Notes: generated from the sequence alone by a model not told the origin. A stretch of DNA of 64,000 nt from Candidatus Bathyarchaeota archaeon (GCA_963715865.1 OY970280.1:1536001-1600000), one strand, 5' to 3'. Positions 8,413 through 18,975 are shown, counted from the stretch's first letter. Numbers and translations: made by a program.

Positions 8413-9346
8413 GCGTTACCAGCCTAGCGCCTTGAAAATCAACTTTGCTTACTATCACTTTTTCAGGGGGTAAAACTTGCTTAAAAGCTTCTGCTACTTG
8501 ATCGGCATTTTCTTGCGGCACTAAGGAGTGGACAGCTTGGCCAACCATGTTCTGTGCTGATCCAACAGCGCCAGCTTTCTCAGCTAGCTTTACTAACTGC
8601 CTTAAGCTTGGTGTCATGAAGCCTGTTTTTTCAGCGAACTCAAGACAACGGGCTAAAAAATTCTCAATAGATGGCTCATCCAAAATTGCCTCTAACGTTT
8701 TTCTACCATATCGGTTAACTTCAAGCCGTTTCTCAGCGGATGATAGTATTTGTTTGGTCGGTGTGGACCCGAAAACTCCTGCGACAATAACGTAGTCTGG
8801 ACTTAAGGGTAAACGGTCTATGACGCTTATTCCGGGTGCGCCAGGTTCAAGGGTTAAGACGCAGCCGCCGAGCATTAAGGGGCCAACTGTGCCTAAGCCC
8901 GTTTTGCATTGGACTTCGGCAACATGCGCTATTTTGCCGATTTGGTTGTAGGTTAATGGTAAATATAGTGCTTCTTTGAGTGCCAAAGCAGTGGTTAATG
9001 CTCCTCCAGCGCTTGTGCCGAAGCCTGCGCCGATGGGAACCTCAACTTTATGGTCAACAATAACAACGTAAGATTTATCCAGTTTACTTAGCAAAGCTTC
9101 TACGACGGTTCTGGTTGTTTCAGCTTCCGGCGCACGTTTGCCATTAATGAAAACGGTGATGCCTGAGCTTTTTGCTTCTTGAACAGTAACCTGTGTCAAA
9201 ACGCCTTTCTGAAGCCCAAAACCGCCCCCTCTAGCGCCAACACGCTCCAAGTCTATAATCGGTTTGCCGTCAATTGTATCGCAGATTTCAAAAAAACTAG
9301 AGATTCCAGCTGGCGCAAAGGCTTTAGCAGTCTTCGTCTGACTCAT
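8399..9346 (-). CDS. Pantoate kinase (GHMP family)
   Basis: AFAPAGISSFF, GARGGGFGL, VPIGAGFGTSAG, AHVAEVQCKTGLGTV, QNMVGQAV. Confidence 0.9.
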   Translation of the reverse strand: MSQTKTAKAFAPAGISSFFEICDTIDGKPIIDLERVGARGGGFGLQKGVLTQVTVQEAKSSGITVFINGKRAPEAETTRTVVEALLSKLDKSYVVIVDHKVEVPIGAGFGTSAGGALTTALALKEALYLPLTYNQIGKIAHVAEVQCKTGLGTVGPLMLGGCVLTLEPGAPGISVIDRLPLSPDYVIVAGVFGSTPTKQILSSAEKRLEVNRYGRKTLEAILDEPSIENFLARCLEFAEKTGFMTPSLRQLVKLAEKAGAVGSAQNMVGQAVHSLVPQENADQVAEAFKQVLPPEKVIVSKVDFQGARLVTHEKI

Positions 9347-10119
9347 TGTTTCGCCTTTTCCTCGATTTGCCGATACTGCCCAAGGAACGGGAATGCAGCG
9401 TAACAGGCTTTTATTACCGGAGGCGAGACAAGCAGTACAAATGGTATTTCAGTGGCAAAAGTCCAAACAAAGATAAGCGATACAAATGCTGATGATAGGG
9501 GCGCCGTGAAGTAACCTGTCGATGAAAAGAACAGTTGACTATACACCCAAACTCCAATTGCAACTATTATAGCGCCTACTCCTTGTCCAATTATGGCACC
9601 TACGCCAAAACTTCTGAATTCCTTCCAATATTTTGCGATAACTGCGAACAAGATTAGGCTTGTGACCATGATTACCCCAAAAAGGGTAACAACTGTTTCG
9701 GTTGACAGTTTAGTGAAACCCAAAGACTCTGTTGGAAGAAATATAGTTGGCAACAGAAGACCTGCCAGAATAACTGCGCCCCCCATGATTAAACTTAATA
9801 GAGTTCTCTTTTGATCAAGCTTAGTGTGCGAAAAATACCCTATTAAGAAAAACATTGCAAAATTTGATGTAACACCCGCGGTTAAACTTAGTAAAGGTTG
9901 TCCGATGACTATCACGTCCCTGATGAATATGCCAATCGCAGCTCCGATGCCTCCTTTCCAAGGTCCGAATAACACTGCGAAAATAGCTGGAACAAACGCT
10001 GCGGGCCAAAAGGCCACTCCGCCAAAACTTAAATTGAAACTAGTAAGATAACCCACAACTGCATACAAGGCGGCACATAAGGCGATAATCGCTACATCGA
10101 ATGCTTTGACTTTTCTCAT
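9343..10119 (-). CDS. ECF transporter S-component-like membrane protein
   Basis: DVAIIALCAALYAV, FWPAAFVPAIFAVLFGPWKGGIGAAIGIFIRD; multiple TM helices; first gene of the CoA cluster. Confidence 0.7.
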   Translation of the reverse strand: MRKVKAFDVAIIALCAALYAVVGYLTSFNLSFGGVAFWPAAFVPAIFAVLFGPWKGGIGAAIGIFIRDVIVIGQPLLSLTAGVTSNFAMFFLIGYFSHTKLDQKRTLLSLIMGGAVILAGLLLPTIFLPTESLGFTKLSTETVVTLFGVIMVTSLILFAVIAKYWKEFRSFGVGAIIGQGVGAIIVAIGVWVYSQLFFSSTGYFTAPLSSAFVSLIFVWTFATEIPFVLLVSPPVIKACYAAFPFLGQYRQIEEKAKQ

Positions 10120-10338
10120 TTTAGTTTATGCTCCATTTTTAAGTGTATAGCACTGTTGAAACGGAGCTTTTGTAAATAAAACTTCCCTATGAACTCTTTA
10201 AACGTGTTTAAACTCGCATGTGATTTGAGTTGTTAAAGTGTGGTATAGTGCTCTCCGGGAGCTATCCCCTTCTTTTATAATAGATTAAATCACAGGAAAT
10301 TTCAGAAATAAATTAAAGTAAAGGCAGCGTTAAATTGG

Positions 10339-10683
10339 TTATTTTTTGTGCCTTTTGATTCTTTCTTGCCTTTGGGTTTTCTTGCGCCAATCTTTCTTTC
10401 TCTGGGTTGTTAAGGAAAACCTTTCTTGCCTGGGCATGGACAGTTTCCTGTGATGCGAAATGTTGAGGTAAAATGTTTCGTAATCTATTTTGTTTGATTT
10501 TAAATCCTCAAGGTTCTGGTTCAGCTCCTTTTTCGCTTCAGCCTCGGTTACTTTGTCAAATGTTTCTGAGTAAACAAGGTAAGCAGCATGGAACTGGAAG
10601 TGGTTGAGGTCGTCGATTAAAAGTTTCTCTATTTGGGGTACTGATGGGCTATTGTTGTTTTGTTCGTTTGGTTGTTGAGTCAT
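10339..10683 (-). CDS. Hypothetical protein with a basic C-terminus
   Basis: 114-aa ORF with ATG start and protein-like composition; no motif recognised. Confidence 0.6.
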   Translation of the reverse strand: MTQQPNEQNNNSPSVPQIEKLLIDDLNHFQFHAAYLVYSETFDKVTEAEAKKELNQNLEDLKSNKIDYETFYLNISHHRKLSMPRQERFSLTTQRKKDWRKKTQRQERIKRHKK

Positions 10684-10798
10684 GTTATTCAGCTTTTGAT
10701 GTGAAGCAATGTTGTTTTTCCCTCTTTTATAGGTGTGCCCTCTAAAAACAGTTTTGAAATTAACTATACATCCATATACAGGGCTTTTTGTGCTTTTG

Positions 10799-11212
10799 TT
10801 AAAGGTGCTTCCTTATTTTTTCAGCATCTTTCTCTAACAAGTCAAGAGCTCGGAAACCGTTTTCATGGCGAAACTGACTGTAAGGTTTCATTGGAATAAC
10901 ATGCACATGCAAGTGAAAAACCACCTGCCCAGCAGCTTCCCCGTTATTCTGCACAATCCTGATGCCTTCAACGCCTATTGCATCGTTAACCGCATGCGCT
11001 ACCCTCTTGACAATCCGAAACAGGTAAGCTGCTTCTTCCTCTGGAATCTCATAAATGTTAACGTAATGCTTTTTGGGCGCCACAAGCGTATGCCCCACGT
11101 TCACTGGGCGATTACTCAAAAAAGCAACCGCTTGCTCATCCTCGTAAACGATGCTTGCAGGCGCTTCCTTACGGATTATCTGGCAGAATACGCATTCGGA
11201 CATCAGAGTCAT
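10799..11212 (-). CDS. HIT family nucleotide-binding protein
   Basis: CVFCQII, PVNVGHTLVAPKKH, GQVVFHLHVHVIP (HxHxH triad). Confidence 0.92.
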   Translation of the reverse strand: MTLMSECVFCQIIRKEAPASIVYEDEQAVAFLSNRPVNVGHTLVAPKKHYVNIYEIPEEEAAYLFRIVKRVAHAVNDAIGVEGIRIVQNNGEAAGQVVFHLHVHVIPMKPYSQFRHENGFRALDLLEKDAEKIRKHL

Positions 11213-11274
11213 ACCTTTCAGCGGTTTAAAGGTAGGTATAGCTTTAATAGAATTTCTATAGTCAATAGTGCTTT

Positions 11275-12312
11275 ATGGATACTTTAGTTGATGATATAGG
11301 CAGTTTTCCGTTGCCGTCTGGGGTTGGAAGAGAAAGCTTTAGCAGGGCGTATCAGCTTGCAAGAGAAACAATATTCCAGGGCAAGGATATAACGAAGGAT
11401 GACTTCCTACAAAGCAATTTCTGCAATATAGTGCTTGATGCTTTTAAGAAAAAAATCGCTTCCGGTTTGGATGTGGTTAATTTTCCCCAGCAGTACGATG
11501 GCATAAAACAGGTTGGTGACGTGTTGCATGTGGCGATGGAGAAAGGCTCATTCCTCGTGGAAGAGAAAAACGCTGTTCTACCAGAAGTATATCTAATCAA
11601 TCAACAAGCCAAAGCTCTCAGCGAGGAATTTGGCAAAAAAATCCAGTTACGAGTGTCAATTTTTGGTCCTCTCGAGCAGTATTTGCATGAGGTTGGAAAA
11701 ACCCCCTATCAAGACGTGTTGGACGCGTTGGCTGAGACAATTAGGCGTTTCGCAAAAAACTCAATCTTAAACAACAAATACATCGAAACCAAGGTAGTTT
11801 CGATTGACGAGCCAAGCTTCGGCTTCAACAACATCCAAGCCACACCTGACGTGATTTGCGAAGTGCTGGAGAAAGCCTTTGATTTCCAAGGCGCCGTAAG
11901 GCAGATTCACTTGCATTCAGCTTCGGGAGTTCACGATTTACTCTGTATAAAAAACCTTGATGTGTTATCGTTTGAGTATGCGGCTTCGCCAAGCAACATT
12001 GAAGCAGTTCCTAAAAGCATTCTTGAAAAAGCGGATAAGCAAATCAGGGCAGGTGTTTCCAGAACAGACATTGACAGTATTTTGGCTGAACTCTACGAGA
12101 AAGGCGTCGCCAAGCCATCAGCGGAGCAATTGGTTGAATCAGAAGACACAATAAGGAAAAGATACAAAGTTGCCAAAGAAAAATACGGCGATAGGATGAC
12201 GTTTACGGGTCCTGATTGCGGTTTAGGCGGCTGGCCTAGCCAAGAAGCGGCTCAACTTTTGCTGGAGCACACGGTGAAAGCAGTAAAAGCAGCTCCGACC
12301 AAGCTAACATAA
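11275..12312 (+). CDS. Core (MetE C-terminal-like) methionine synthase family protein
   Basis: VDDIGSFPLP, IDEPS, IHLH, SFEY, FTGPDCGLGGW; single barrel of 345 aa. Confidence 0.75.
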   Translation: MDTLVDDIGSFPLPSGVGRESFSRAYQLARETIFQGKDITKDDFLQSNFCNIVLDAFKKKIASGLDVVNFPQQYDGIKQVGDVLHVAMEKGSFLVEEKNAVLPEVYLINQQAKALSEEFGKKIQLRVSIFGPLEQYLHEVGKTPYQDVLDALAETIRRFAKNSILNNKYIETKVVSIDEPSFGFNNIQATPDVICEVLEKAFDFQGAVRQIHLHSASGVHDLLCIKNLDVLSFEYAASPSNIEAVPKSILEKADKQIRAGVSRTDIDSILAELYEKGVAKPSAEQLVESEDTIRKRYKVAKEKYGDRMTFTGPDCGLGGWPSQEAAQLLLEHTVKAVKAAPTKLT

Positions 12313-12436
12313 CTGCCTTTCTTGTTTTTGCTCCCCGATTCAAGCCAAAAGCTCATCTTTTTCAGTTACAAATTCAATAAGTTTAAACGCTTTTGGGTCT
12401 GCCGACAAAAAAGGAAAAGAAAGAAAAAAAGGTTGC

Positions 12437-13300
12437 TTACTCTGGTTGTTCGGGTTGTTGTGGCAGTTCTTGGTTTGCCATTGGTTTCTTCTTTGCTGCC
12501 ATGGCTTGTTGTGCCGTAGTTAGGTCTTTGAAGCCGTAGGTTCCAACTGGAGGCCAGCCTGCTTCTGGCATGACTGCCGGGATCAGCATTATGGTGTTTG
12601 TTTGTGATTGCTGACCTAACTCGTAGAGTATGTTCATCCACCTAAGTCTTAGGCCTTCTGGGCTTGCCTCGTACGCTTTTGCTGCTTCGATCATTTTTTG
12701 TGACGCTTCAAATTCTGCCGTGGCCAGGGTCACTCTTGCCATTCTTTCTCTTTCAGCCTGCGCCTGTCTGGACATGGCGTCCTGCAGGTTGCCGGGTATT
12801 ATGACATCTCTCACTTCGACTGCAGTGGCTTTTATTCCCCAAGCCTCAGTTTTTTCGTCAATGATCTCGCGCAGGTGGGCCCCAATTTTTTCCCGTTCCG
12901 CGAGTAACTCGTTAAGTGTAACCTTGCCTATTACTTCCCTGAGGGTAGTTTGTGAAGCTAGCTGTGTGGCTTGAAAATAGTTCTCAACGGCCAGAACAGC
13001 TTTCTCCAAATCCACGGGCTTCATGTATAACACTGAATCAACGTTTACTGGAACGTTGTCCTTGGTTAAGGTTGATTCTGTGCGGAATTGTATAGTGTCT
13101 ATCCTCGTGGAGATTTTCATAGGTGCCCTGTCAATTATCGGAATAAGATAGATGATTCCTGGACCTTTCAAGCCTACATATCGTCCAAGCCTTAAAACTG
13201 GCATCCTTTCCCATTCTCTTAGCACGCGGATGCCGCTTAACAGGAAAATTGCAACTACAAAAGCTATGAAACCGATGATAGGAGTTAGAACGTCAGCCAA
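12437..13300 (-). CDS. SPFH/band-7 stomatin-like protein
   Basis: REWERMPVLRLG, GPGIIYLIPIID, TKDNVPVNVD, QTTLREVIG, QAQAERERMAR. Confidence 0.92.
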   Translation of the reverse strand: MADVLTPIIGFIAFVVAIFLLSGIRVLREWERMPVLRLGRYVGLKGPGIIYLIPIIDRAPMKISTRIDTIQFRTESTLTKDNVPVNVDSVLYMKPVDLEKAVLAVENYFQATQLASQTTLREVIGKVTLNELLAEREKIGAHLREIIDEKTEAWGIKATAVEVRDVIIPGNLQDAMSRQAQAERERMARVTLATAEFEASQKMIEAAKAYEASPEGLRLRWMNILYELGQQSQTNTIMLIPAVMPEAGWPPVGTYGFKDLTTAQQAMAAKKKPMANQELPQQPEQPE

Positions 13301-13340
13301 CCTTTCACACCCTCAATAAGCTACTCTGCATTCCGGAGAG

Positions 13341-13745
13341 TTAAGCTTTTTGCTCGGCTGGTTTTACTACAAGGAACATGCCTTCCATGCCCACGACTTC
13401 CACCACTTGACCGACGGCTATTGTTGTGTCTTTGGCGGTGGCTTGCCAGAACTCGCCCATAACGCGGACTTCACCTTTAGGTTTAAGATCAGTTGCTGCT
13501 ATGCCTTTGGCGCCGATTAAGGCTTCTTTGCCTGTTTTTATCCGCCTATACTGAGCCTTGACTCCTACATAGAATATCCACCCTACAATCAACGCAATGA
13601 CAAAGAGGGTTACTGCAAGGGTCACTTCAACTTGAATAGCTATCCCATAGTACGTTGTTCCTGAAAGGGCTGCAAAAAAGAGGAATGCCCCAATTGCTAC
13701 TAAAACTCCAATAAGGAAGGCTAGCCAAGCATGCATGCGAACCAC
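13341..13745 (-). CDS. Short NfeD-family protein (TM helices plus OB-fold)
   Basis: TGKEALIGAKG, GEVRVMGEFWQA, VEVVGMEGMFLVV; directly upstream of the SPFH gene. Confidence 0.88.
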   Translation of the reverse strand: MVRMHAWLAFLIGVLVAIGAFLFFAALSGTTYYGIAIQVEVTLAVTLFVIALIVGWIFYVGVKAQYRRIKTGKEALIGAKGIAATDLKPKGEVRVMGEFWQATAKDTTIAVGQVVEVVGMEGMFLVVKPAEQKA

Positions 13746-14064
13746 TTTGACTATTGGATAGTCAGAATCTGCTTATAAGGTGATTTACAGTCAGCAACTA
13801 GCTAAGCCTTTTCAAAAGACTTGCACTCTGAAAACAAATTTCATGCTCAGAGCATTTGCTCAGACCCAACTATGTATGTTGGTTAGGACGTTATAGAAAA
13901 AAATAAAAAAAATTGCTCCTTTGCCTAATCGAAAACAGAGGGAAAAGGAGCCATTGAAGCAACAGCGCTTGCACTGTTTATTTGTGGCATCGGGTAAGGT
14001 GAACGCCGAAGTGGCGGTGGACGCAGTGGTTCTGGCGGTTCAAGCTCTAGTGGAGAACGATTTA

Positions 14065-14994
14065 TCATTCTTCTTCGCCTCCGTGGACGGTTGGGATAAT
14101 GGTTAATTCGATTAGGTTTTCTCGTCGGATTATGGTTAGCTTGGTTTCTTTACCTATCACGTCTTCACTGAGTAGTCTTGGTAGGTCGTAGAAGTCGGTT
14201 ACGGGTTTGCCGTTGAATTTTACTAGTACGTCGCCCATGGCTAAGCCTGCTTTGCGTGATGGTGAGCCTGGTTCAACGGAAAAGATCATTACTCCGCTTT
14301 CTTGTTCTAAGCCTGCTTGCTCAGCGATTTCCTGTGGGATGGCAACGGTGTTAGCGATTATGCCAAGGTAACCTTTTTGGGCTACTCTTCCAGTCATTAG
14401 CCTATCAGCGACTGCTTTTACCTTGTTTATGGGTATAGCGATGCCTCTTTGCCAAACATAAGCCGTGTTTATGCCGATGATTCTGCCTTCCACGTCCACA
14501 AGTGGTCCGCCGCTGAAGCCTGGATTAAGTTGTGCGTCGGTGGCGATTATGTTTTCCATTTGTGTTCCACGCCAGCCTCTAAGCGTGCTGTTTACGCTTG
14601 TCACGATGCCTGTTGTAGCAGTTGGCTGCTGCCGATTGAATGGGTTAGCAATAGCCAAAACGTATTGGCCTACGCTTAGTTTTTCTGAATCGCCCATTTC
14701 TATGGGTGTAAATTCCCCTATCTCCGCCTTTAACAAAGCAAGGTCATTGTATGGGTCTGTTCCAACGATTTTTGCGTTGAATGTTTTTTCTCCTTGACCT
14801 ATTTTGACTGTGTTGCATCCTGCGAGAACATGGTTGCAGGTGATGATGTAGCCGTCTTTGGTTAAGATGACGCCTGTGCCGCGTGACATTTGCGCTTTTA
14901 CGCTAACAATTGACTCTGAGATTTTCTTGATTAGAATGCTTGTTGCTTCCGAGAGTGATTTCAAAACTTCTAACGGATTAGCTAGTTGACTCAT
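14065..14994 (-). CDS. HtrA/DegP-like trypsin protease with a PDZ domain
   Basis: GTGVIL, ITCNHV, DLALLK, NPGFSGGPL (catalytic Ser), C-terminal PDZ (GSPSRKAGLAMGDVL). Confidence 0.9.
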   Translation of the reverse strand: MSQLANPLEVLKSLSEATSILIKKISESIVSVKAQMSRGTGVILTKDGYIITCNHVLAGCNTVKIGQGEKTFNAKIVGTDPYNDLALLKAEIGEFTPIEMGDSEKLSVGQYVLAIANPFNRQQPTATTGIVTSVNSTLRGWRGTQMENIIATDAQLNPGFSGGPLVDVEGRIIGINTAYVWQRGIAIPINKVKAVADRLMTGRVAQKGYLGIIANTVAIPQEIAEQAGLEQESGVMIFSVEPGSPSRKAGLAMGDVLVKFNGKPVTDFYDLPRLLSEDVIGKETKLTIIRRENLIELTIIPTVHGGEEE

Positions 14995-15071
14995 TTTGTT
15001 TTTCACCAATAAGGTACTATAGCAAAAGGGTATTTGTTGACTAAGGAACAGCTGGAGTTAGTCACATAAAT

Positions 15072-15695
15072 TTAGGCTGGCATCATGAAACTTGAGCCGC
15101 CATAATAAGCCACGTTCCTTGCTGCATGTGAGCCTTGGCAAAGCTTGCCGATGTTCGCCATAAGCTGGTAAGAAGCCTTCAATGCCATGTTAAGGTTGTT
15201 GTTTGTTAAGAATTTGGCTTCTATGTTAAGCGCTGTTCCTTGAATGTTTGCGGCTATTTGGATCCCGCCGTCTTCCGTGATCCACTTCAAAGTGACGCCT
15301 TGATTGTTTTCTGATATGCCCAGCCAACGGAGCAAACCGAACCATTTGCCTTTAAGCGCCAAGATAAGTTGTTGCGTCATGAGGTCTGATGGAAGAAAAG
15401 TTTGAATAAGAGGCGTTGTTGGTTCTTCATTGCGTGCCTGGTTATGTTTTAGTTTAGTTATTTTTGGGGTAACGCGGTAGCCTTCGGGTTCTTTTTTCAC
15501 AATGCCCTCTTGTTCCAGTCGGCTTAGGATGCGTGAGAGCGTTTCGGAATGCAGTCCTGTTCTCCGTTTTAACCCATCGAATGTGAATATAGTCAAGTCT
15601 TCATTTTCTATTAGCGCCAACACGTCAGCATCGCGTTCGCTGAGGTAATAGTTGGCTGGAAGGCTTGGCCAATTAACATTCAGAACAGGTATCAT
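15072..15695 (-). CDS. Winged-helix domain protein
   Basis: FTFDGLKRRTGLHSETLSRILSRLEQEGIV. Confidence 0.7.
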   Translation of the reverse strand: MIPVLNVNWPSLPANYYLSERDADVLALIENEDLTIFTFDGLKRRTGLHSETLSRILSRLEQEGIVKKEPEGYRVTPKITKLKHNQARNEEPTTPLIQTFLPSDLMTQQLILALKGKWFGLLRWLGISENNQGVTLKWITEDGGIQIAANIQGTALNIEAKFLTNNNLNMALKASYQLMANIGKLCQGSHAARNVAYYGGSSFMMPA

Positions 15696-15925
15696 TATTC
15701 TAATGTTTGGTTAAAGTGTTGCTTTTGAATGTTATCCCATTTTGGTAAGAAAAGCAACGATGATTATGGTGAAAACTTGAGTTAACTTAATTGAAAATTG
15801 CATTTGATAGAAAAGCTAAAGAAGCTCGATATGCTCATAAGAATATGAGCTTACACAGTTATTTCAGGAAACTGTGAAGTTTGATTGTTATAAACTGCTC
15901 CTTTATTGAGGAGGGTGAATAATTA

Positions 15926-17497
15926 ATGACAGATACTGGTATTCTCATTCAAAAAAAAGGAAAACCAAGCGCTGATTCCGTTTCTAACCCTGAGAAAGGA
16001 GAGCATCCTCTGTCAAATAATCAAAGTAGATATGGCGGTTTATTTTTACACATGAATGATGGCTTTGCCTATTGCGAAGTAATATTGGACCAGTATGGAA
16101 AACCTGTTGACTACATCTTCGCTGATGCAAACGAAGCCTATAGGCGACTCACTAAGTTAAACGGCAAACCTGTTATTGGAAGAAAAGTCACCGAGGTGAT
16201 TCCAAGCTTAAAAAATGACCCTTTTGACTGGATAGGAACCGGCGGGAGAGTTGCCCTGACAGGTAAAAATCTAACATTCGAGCGGTATTGCAAAACTTTA
16301 GACAAATGGTTTGCAGTTAACGCTTACTGCCCCGAGAAAGGCTATTTCGCCATGATAATCAAAGACATAACTCAACGCAAGAAAACTGAACAAGCCTTAA
16401 GGCAAAGTGAAAAGCAATACAAGCAACTTGCCAATAGTATAACTGATCTTTTCTTTGCTTTAGATTCATGCTTAAAGTTTACTTATTGGAATAAAGCAAG
16501 CGAAAAATTCATCGGAATAAGCGCTGAAAAAGTTGTAAGAAAACATTTTTATGAAGTATTTGGAAAGGACAAGACAACAAGGAAAGCAGCCAGGATATAT
16601 TTTGAAGTGATGAAGACACATAAATCTCGAACTTTCATCGATACGCTTCCTAAAGTTAATAACAACACTATTTTTGAAATTCAGGTTTACCCAACAGGAA
16701 ATGGAATCTCAGTATTCGCCAAGGACATTACAGAACGCAGAAGACTTCAAGGCACATTGGAACAGTACACCAAGCGTCTTGAAGAACTAGTTAAAATCCG
16801 CACTGAAAAACTAAAAGGCGTTGAACGCTTAGCCGCCATCGGAGAAACCGCAGGAATGATAGGCCACGACATTCGTAACCCGCTACAATCCATTATCGGC
16901 GAATTATACTTAGCAGAAGAGGAATTAAAGGCGTTACCTGAAAGTGAAGAAAAGAAAAAAATCGCTGAAAGCATCCTCAGCATCGAAGAACAAACATTTT
17001 ACATCAACAAAATTGTTACTGACTTGCAGGATTATGCTAAACCTCTATCCCCTGCCGTCCAAGAAACAAACCTTGAAGAAATAATTCAAAGTACAATATC
17101 AACATTAGATGTTCCAGATAAAATAAAAGTTTCTTACTTGGTAGAGAAGCCTTTTCCAATCTTTAAAACTGACCCTTCATTTATACAGCGGATACTGACA
17201 AACCTGATTCTTAACGGCATCCAAGCCATGCAGGAAAAAGGCGGAGGAGAATTAAGAATAAATGCTTTTCCAAGAGCAAAAACGGTCATAATCGCAATCT
17301 CAGATACTGGGGTAGGAATACTTGATGCAGTTAAGGAGAAAATTTTCAAGCCATTATTCACAACTAAATCTAAAGGTCAAGGATTCGGATTAGCTGTAGT
17401 GAAGAAACTGGTGGAAGCGTTGTACGGGCATATCAGTTTTGAAACAGAAGTTGGGAAAGGAACAACCTTCATCATTGAAATGCCATTAAGAGATTAA
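15926..17497 (+). CDS. Cytoplasmic PAS-PAS sensor histidine kinase
   Basis: Two PAS domains; H-box AGMIGHDIRNPL; N-box NLILNGIQAM; DTGVGI, FKPLFTTK, GQGFGLAVV, GTTF. The exact start is uncertain. Confidence 0.92.
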   Translation: MTDTGILIQKKGKPSADSVSNPEKGEHPLSNNQSRYGGLFLHMNDGFAYCEVILDQYGKPVDYIFADANEAYRRLTKLNGKPVIGRKVTEVIPSLKNDPFDWIGTGGRVALTGKNLTFERYCKTLDKWFAVNAYCPEKGYFAMIIKDITQRKKTEQALRQSEKQYKQLANSITDLFFALDSCLKFTYWNKASEKFIGISAEKVVRKHFYEVFGKDKTTRKAARIYFEVMKTHKSRTFIDTLPKVNNNTIFEIQVYPTGNGISVFAKDITERRRLQGTLEQYTKRLEELVKIRTEKLKGVERLAAIGETAGMIGHDIRNPLQSIIGELYLAEEELKALPESEEKKKIAESILSIEEQTFYINKIVTDLQDYAKPLSPAVQETNLEEIIQSTISTLDVPDKIKVSYLVEKPFPIFKTDPSFIQRILTNLILNGIQAMQEKGGGELRINAFPRAKTVIIAISDTGVGILDAVKEKIFKPLFTTKSKGQGFGLAVVKKLVEALYGHISFETEVGKGTTFIIEMPLRD

Positions 17498-17503
17498 GGC
17501 TTG

Positions 17504-18148
17504 TTATCTTAGGGTTATTTTTTCACCTGTTACTATGTACACGATGGATTCGCAAACGTAAGTGGCGTGGTCAGCTATACGCTCCAAATACCGGGTCATT
17601 AGTGCGCTGGAAATTACGCATTTACTCTTAGCCTGCTCTGCACCAATTAGCCTGTGAAGATAATCAAAGTACATTTTGTCGACTTCAAGTTCGGTTTCGG
17701 AGATGGTTTTGGCGAGGGTTATGTCGAGTTTCCTAAGGGAATCAACGCTTATCTTAACCATCATGAGTACTTTTTCGCTCATTTCTTCAATGTAGTCTTT
17801 TGCCCACGCTTCGCATTCTTTTAAACCGTTTAGCTGGTCGTTAATGTATGATATGTCAAGGGCGTATCTTCCGTATCTTGCAAAGTCATAGCCTATTTTC
17901 ATGTAGGATTTTATTGTTCTAAGGTCAGAAGCAACTGGCTGGAACCGGGCGATCAACTCAAAGGTTTTATCTTCAACCTTATCCGCCATTGAAACGAGCA
18001 TATCTGACATTTCACGCACTTGCGGGTGAACACTTTTTCCATTGAGGTAGCCGCGTATTGATAGGGCAAGCGTTTCAAATGTTAATTCGCCCATCTTAAC
18101 CAGTAGGACTGCTTGTTCTTCTAAGCCCATGTCAATTATTCTGCTCAT
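17504..18148 (-). CDS. phoU: Phosphate transport regulator PhoU
   Basis: IARFQPVASDLRTI, LERIADHATYVCESIVYIVTG; downstream of pstB. Confidence 0.9.
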   Translation of the reverse strand: MSRIIDMGLEEQAVLLVKMGELTFETLALSIRGYLNGKSVHPQVREMSDMLVSMADKVEDKTFELIARFQPVASDLRTIKSYMKIGYDFARYGRYALDISYINDQLNGLKECEAWAKDYIEEMSEKVLMMVKISVDSLRKLDITLAKTISETELEVDKMYFDYLHRLIGAEQAKSKCVISSALMTRYLERIADHATYVCESIVYIVTGEKITLR

Positions 18149-18162
18149 AGCTTTTTTCTCCT

Positions 18163-18975
18163 TTATCCGAATTCTCCTGTTATATATTTCTCTGTTAACG
18201 GGTTCTTGGGATACTCAAAAATGTCTTTAGTTGCCCCAAACTCAACAAGCGCACCTAAGTAGAAAAAAGCTGTGTAATCTGATACTCTGGACGCTTGCTG
18301 CATGTTATGTGTTACAATAACAACGGTGTAATCACGCTTAAGCTCAACAACCAACTTCTCAATTTTAGCGGTGGCAATAGGGTCCAACGCTGAACACGGC
18401 TCATCCATCAAAATAACCTCAGGCTGCAAAGCAATAGCCCGTGCAATACACAACCGCTGTTGTTGCCCTCCTGAAATGCTTGTGCCCGGCTTCTTCAAAT
18501 CGTCTTTCACCTCAGCCCAAAGGGTCGCCTGCTCAAGGCTACGCTTGACTACCTCATCCAGGTTCTTTCCTTTCTTGGTTCCAGTTAACCTTAATCCTGC
18601 CGCTACGTTATCGTAAATAGACATTGTGGGGAATGGGTTTGGCTTTTGAAAAACCATGCCTACTCTTCGGCGAATCTGTACCGGGTCAACCTGTTTTTCG
18701 TAAATGTTTTTGCTGTCTAATAGCACTTGGCCTGACGTTTTGGCGCCTGAAACAAGTTCGTGCATTCTGTTTAGGCATCGTATGAACGTTGATTTACCGC
18801 ATCCTGAGGGCCCAATTATGGCTGTTATTGCGTTGGTTTTGACGTTTAAGTTTATGTCTTTTAAAACTTGTTTTGCTCCAAACCAAGCGTTTAAGCCTAT
18901 GCTCTGCATTTTCATGTCTAAATCGATAGGTTGTTGGTTTACCGCTTTATCTTGAGTGCTGTTCATACTTGTCAT
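18163..18975 (-). CDS. pstB: Phosphate ABC transporter ATPase
   Basis: [48 protein letters not shown]. Confidence 0.95.
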   Translation of the reverse strand: MTSMNSTQDKAVNQQPIDLDMKMQSIGLNAWFGAKQVLKDINLNVKTNAITAIIGPSGCGKSTFIRCLNRMHELVSGAKTSGQVLLDSKNIYEKQVDPVQIRRRVGMVFQKPNPFPTMSIYDNVAAGLRLTGTKKGKNLDEVVKRSLEQATLWAEVKDDLKKPGTSISGGQQQRLCIARAIALQPEVILMDEPCSALDPIATAKIEKLVVELKRDYTVVIVTHNMQQASRVSDYTAFFYLGALVEFGATKDIFEYPKNPLTEKYITGEFG

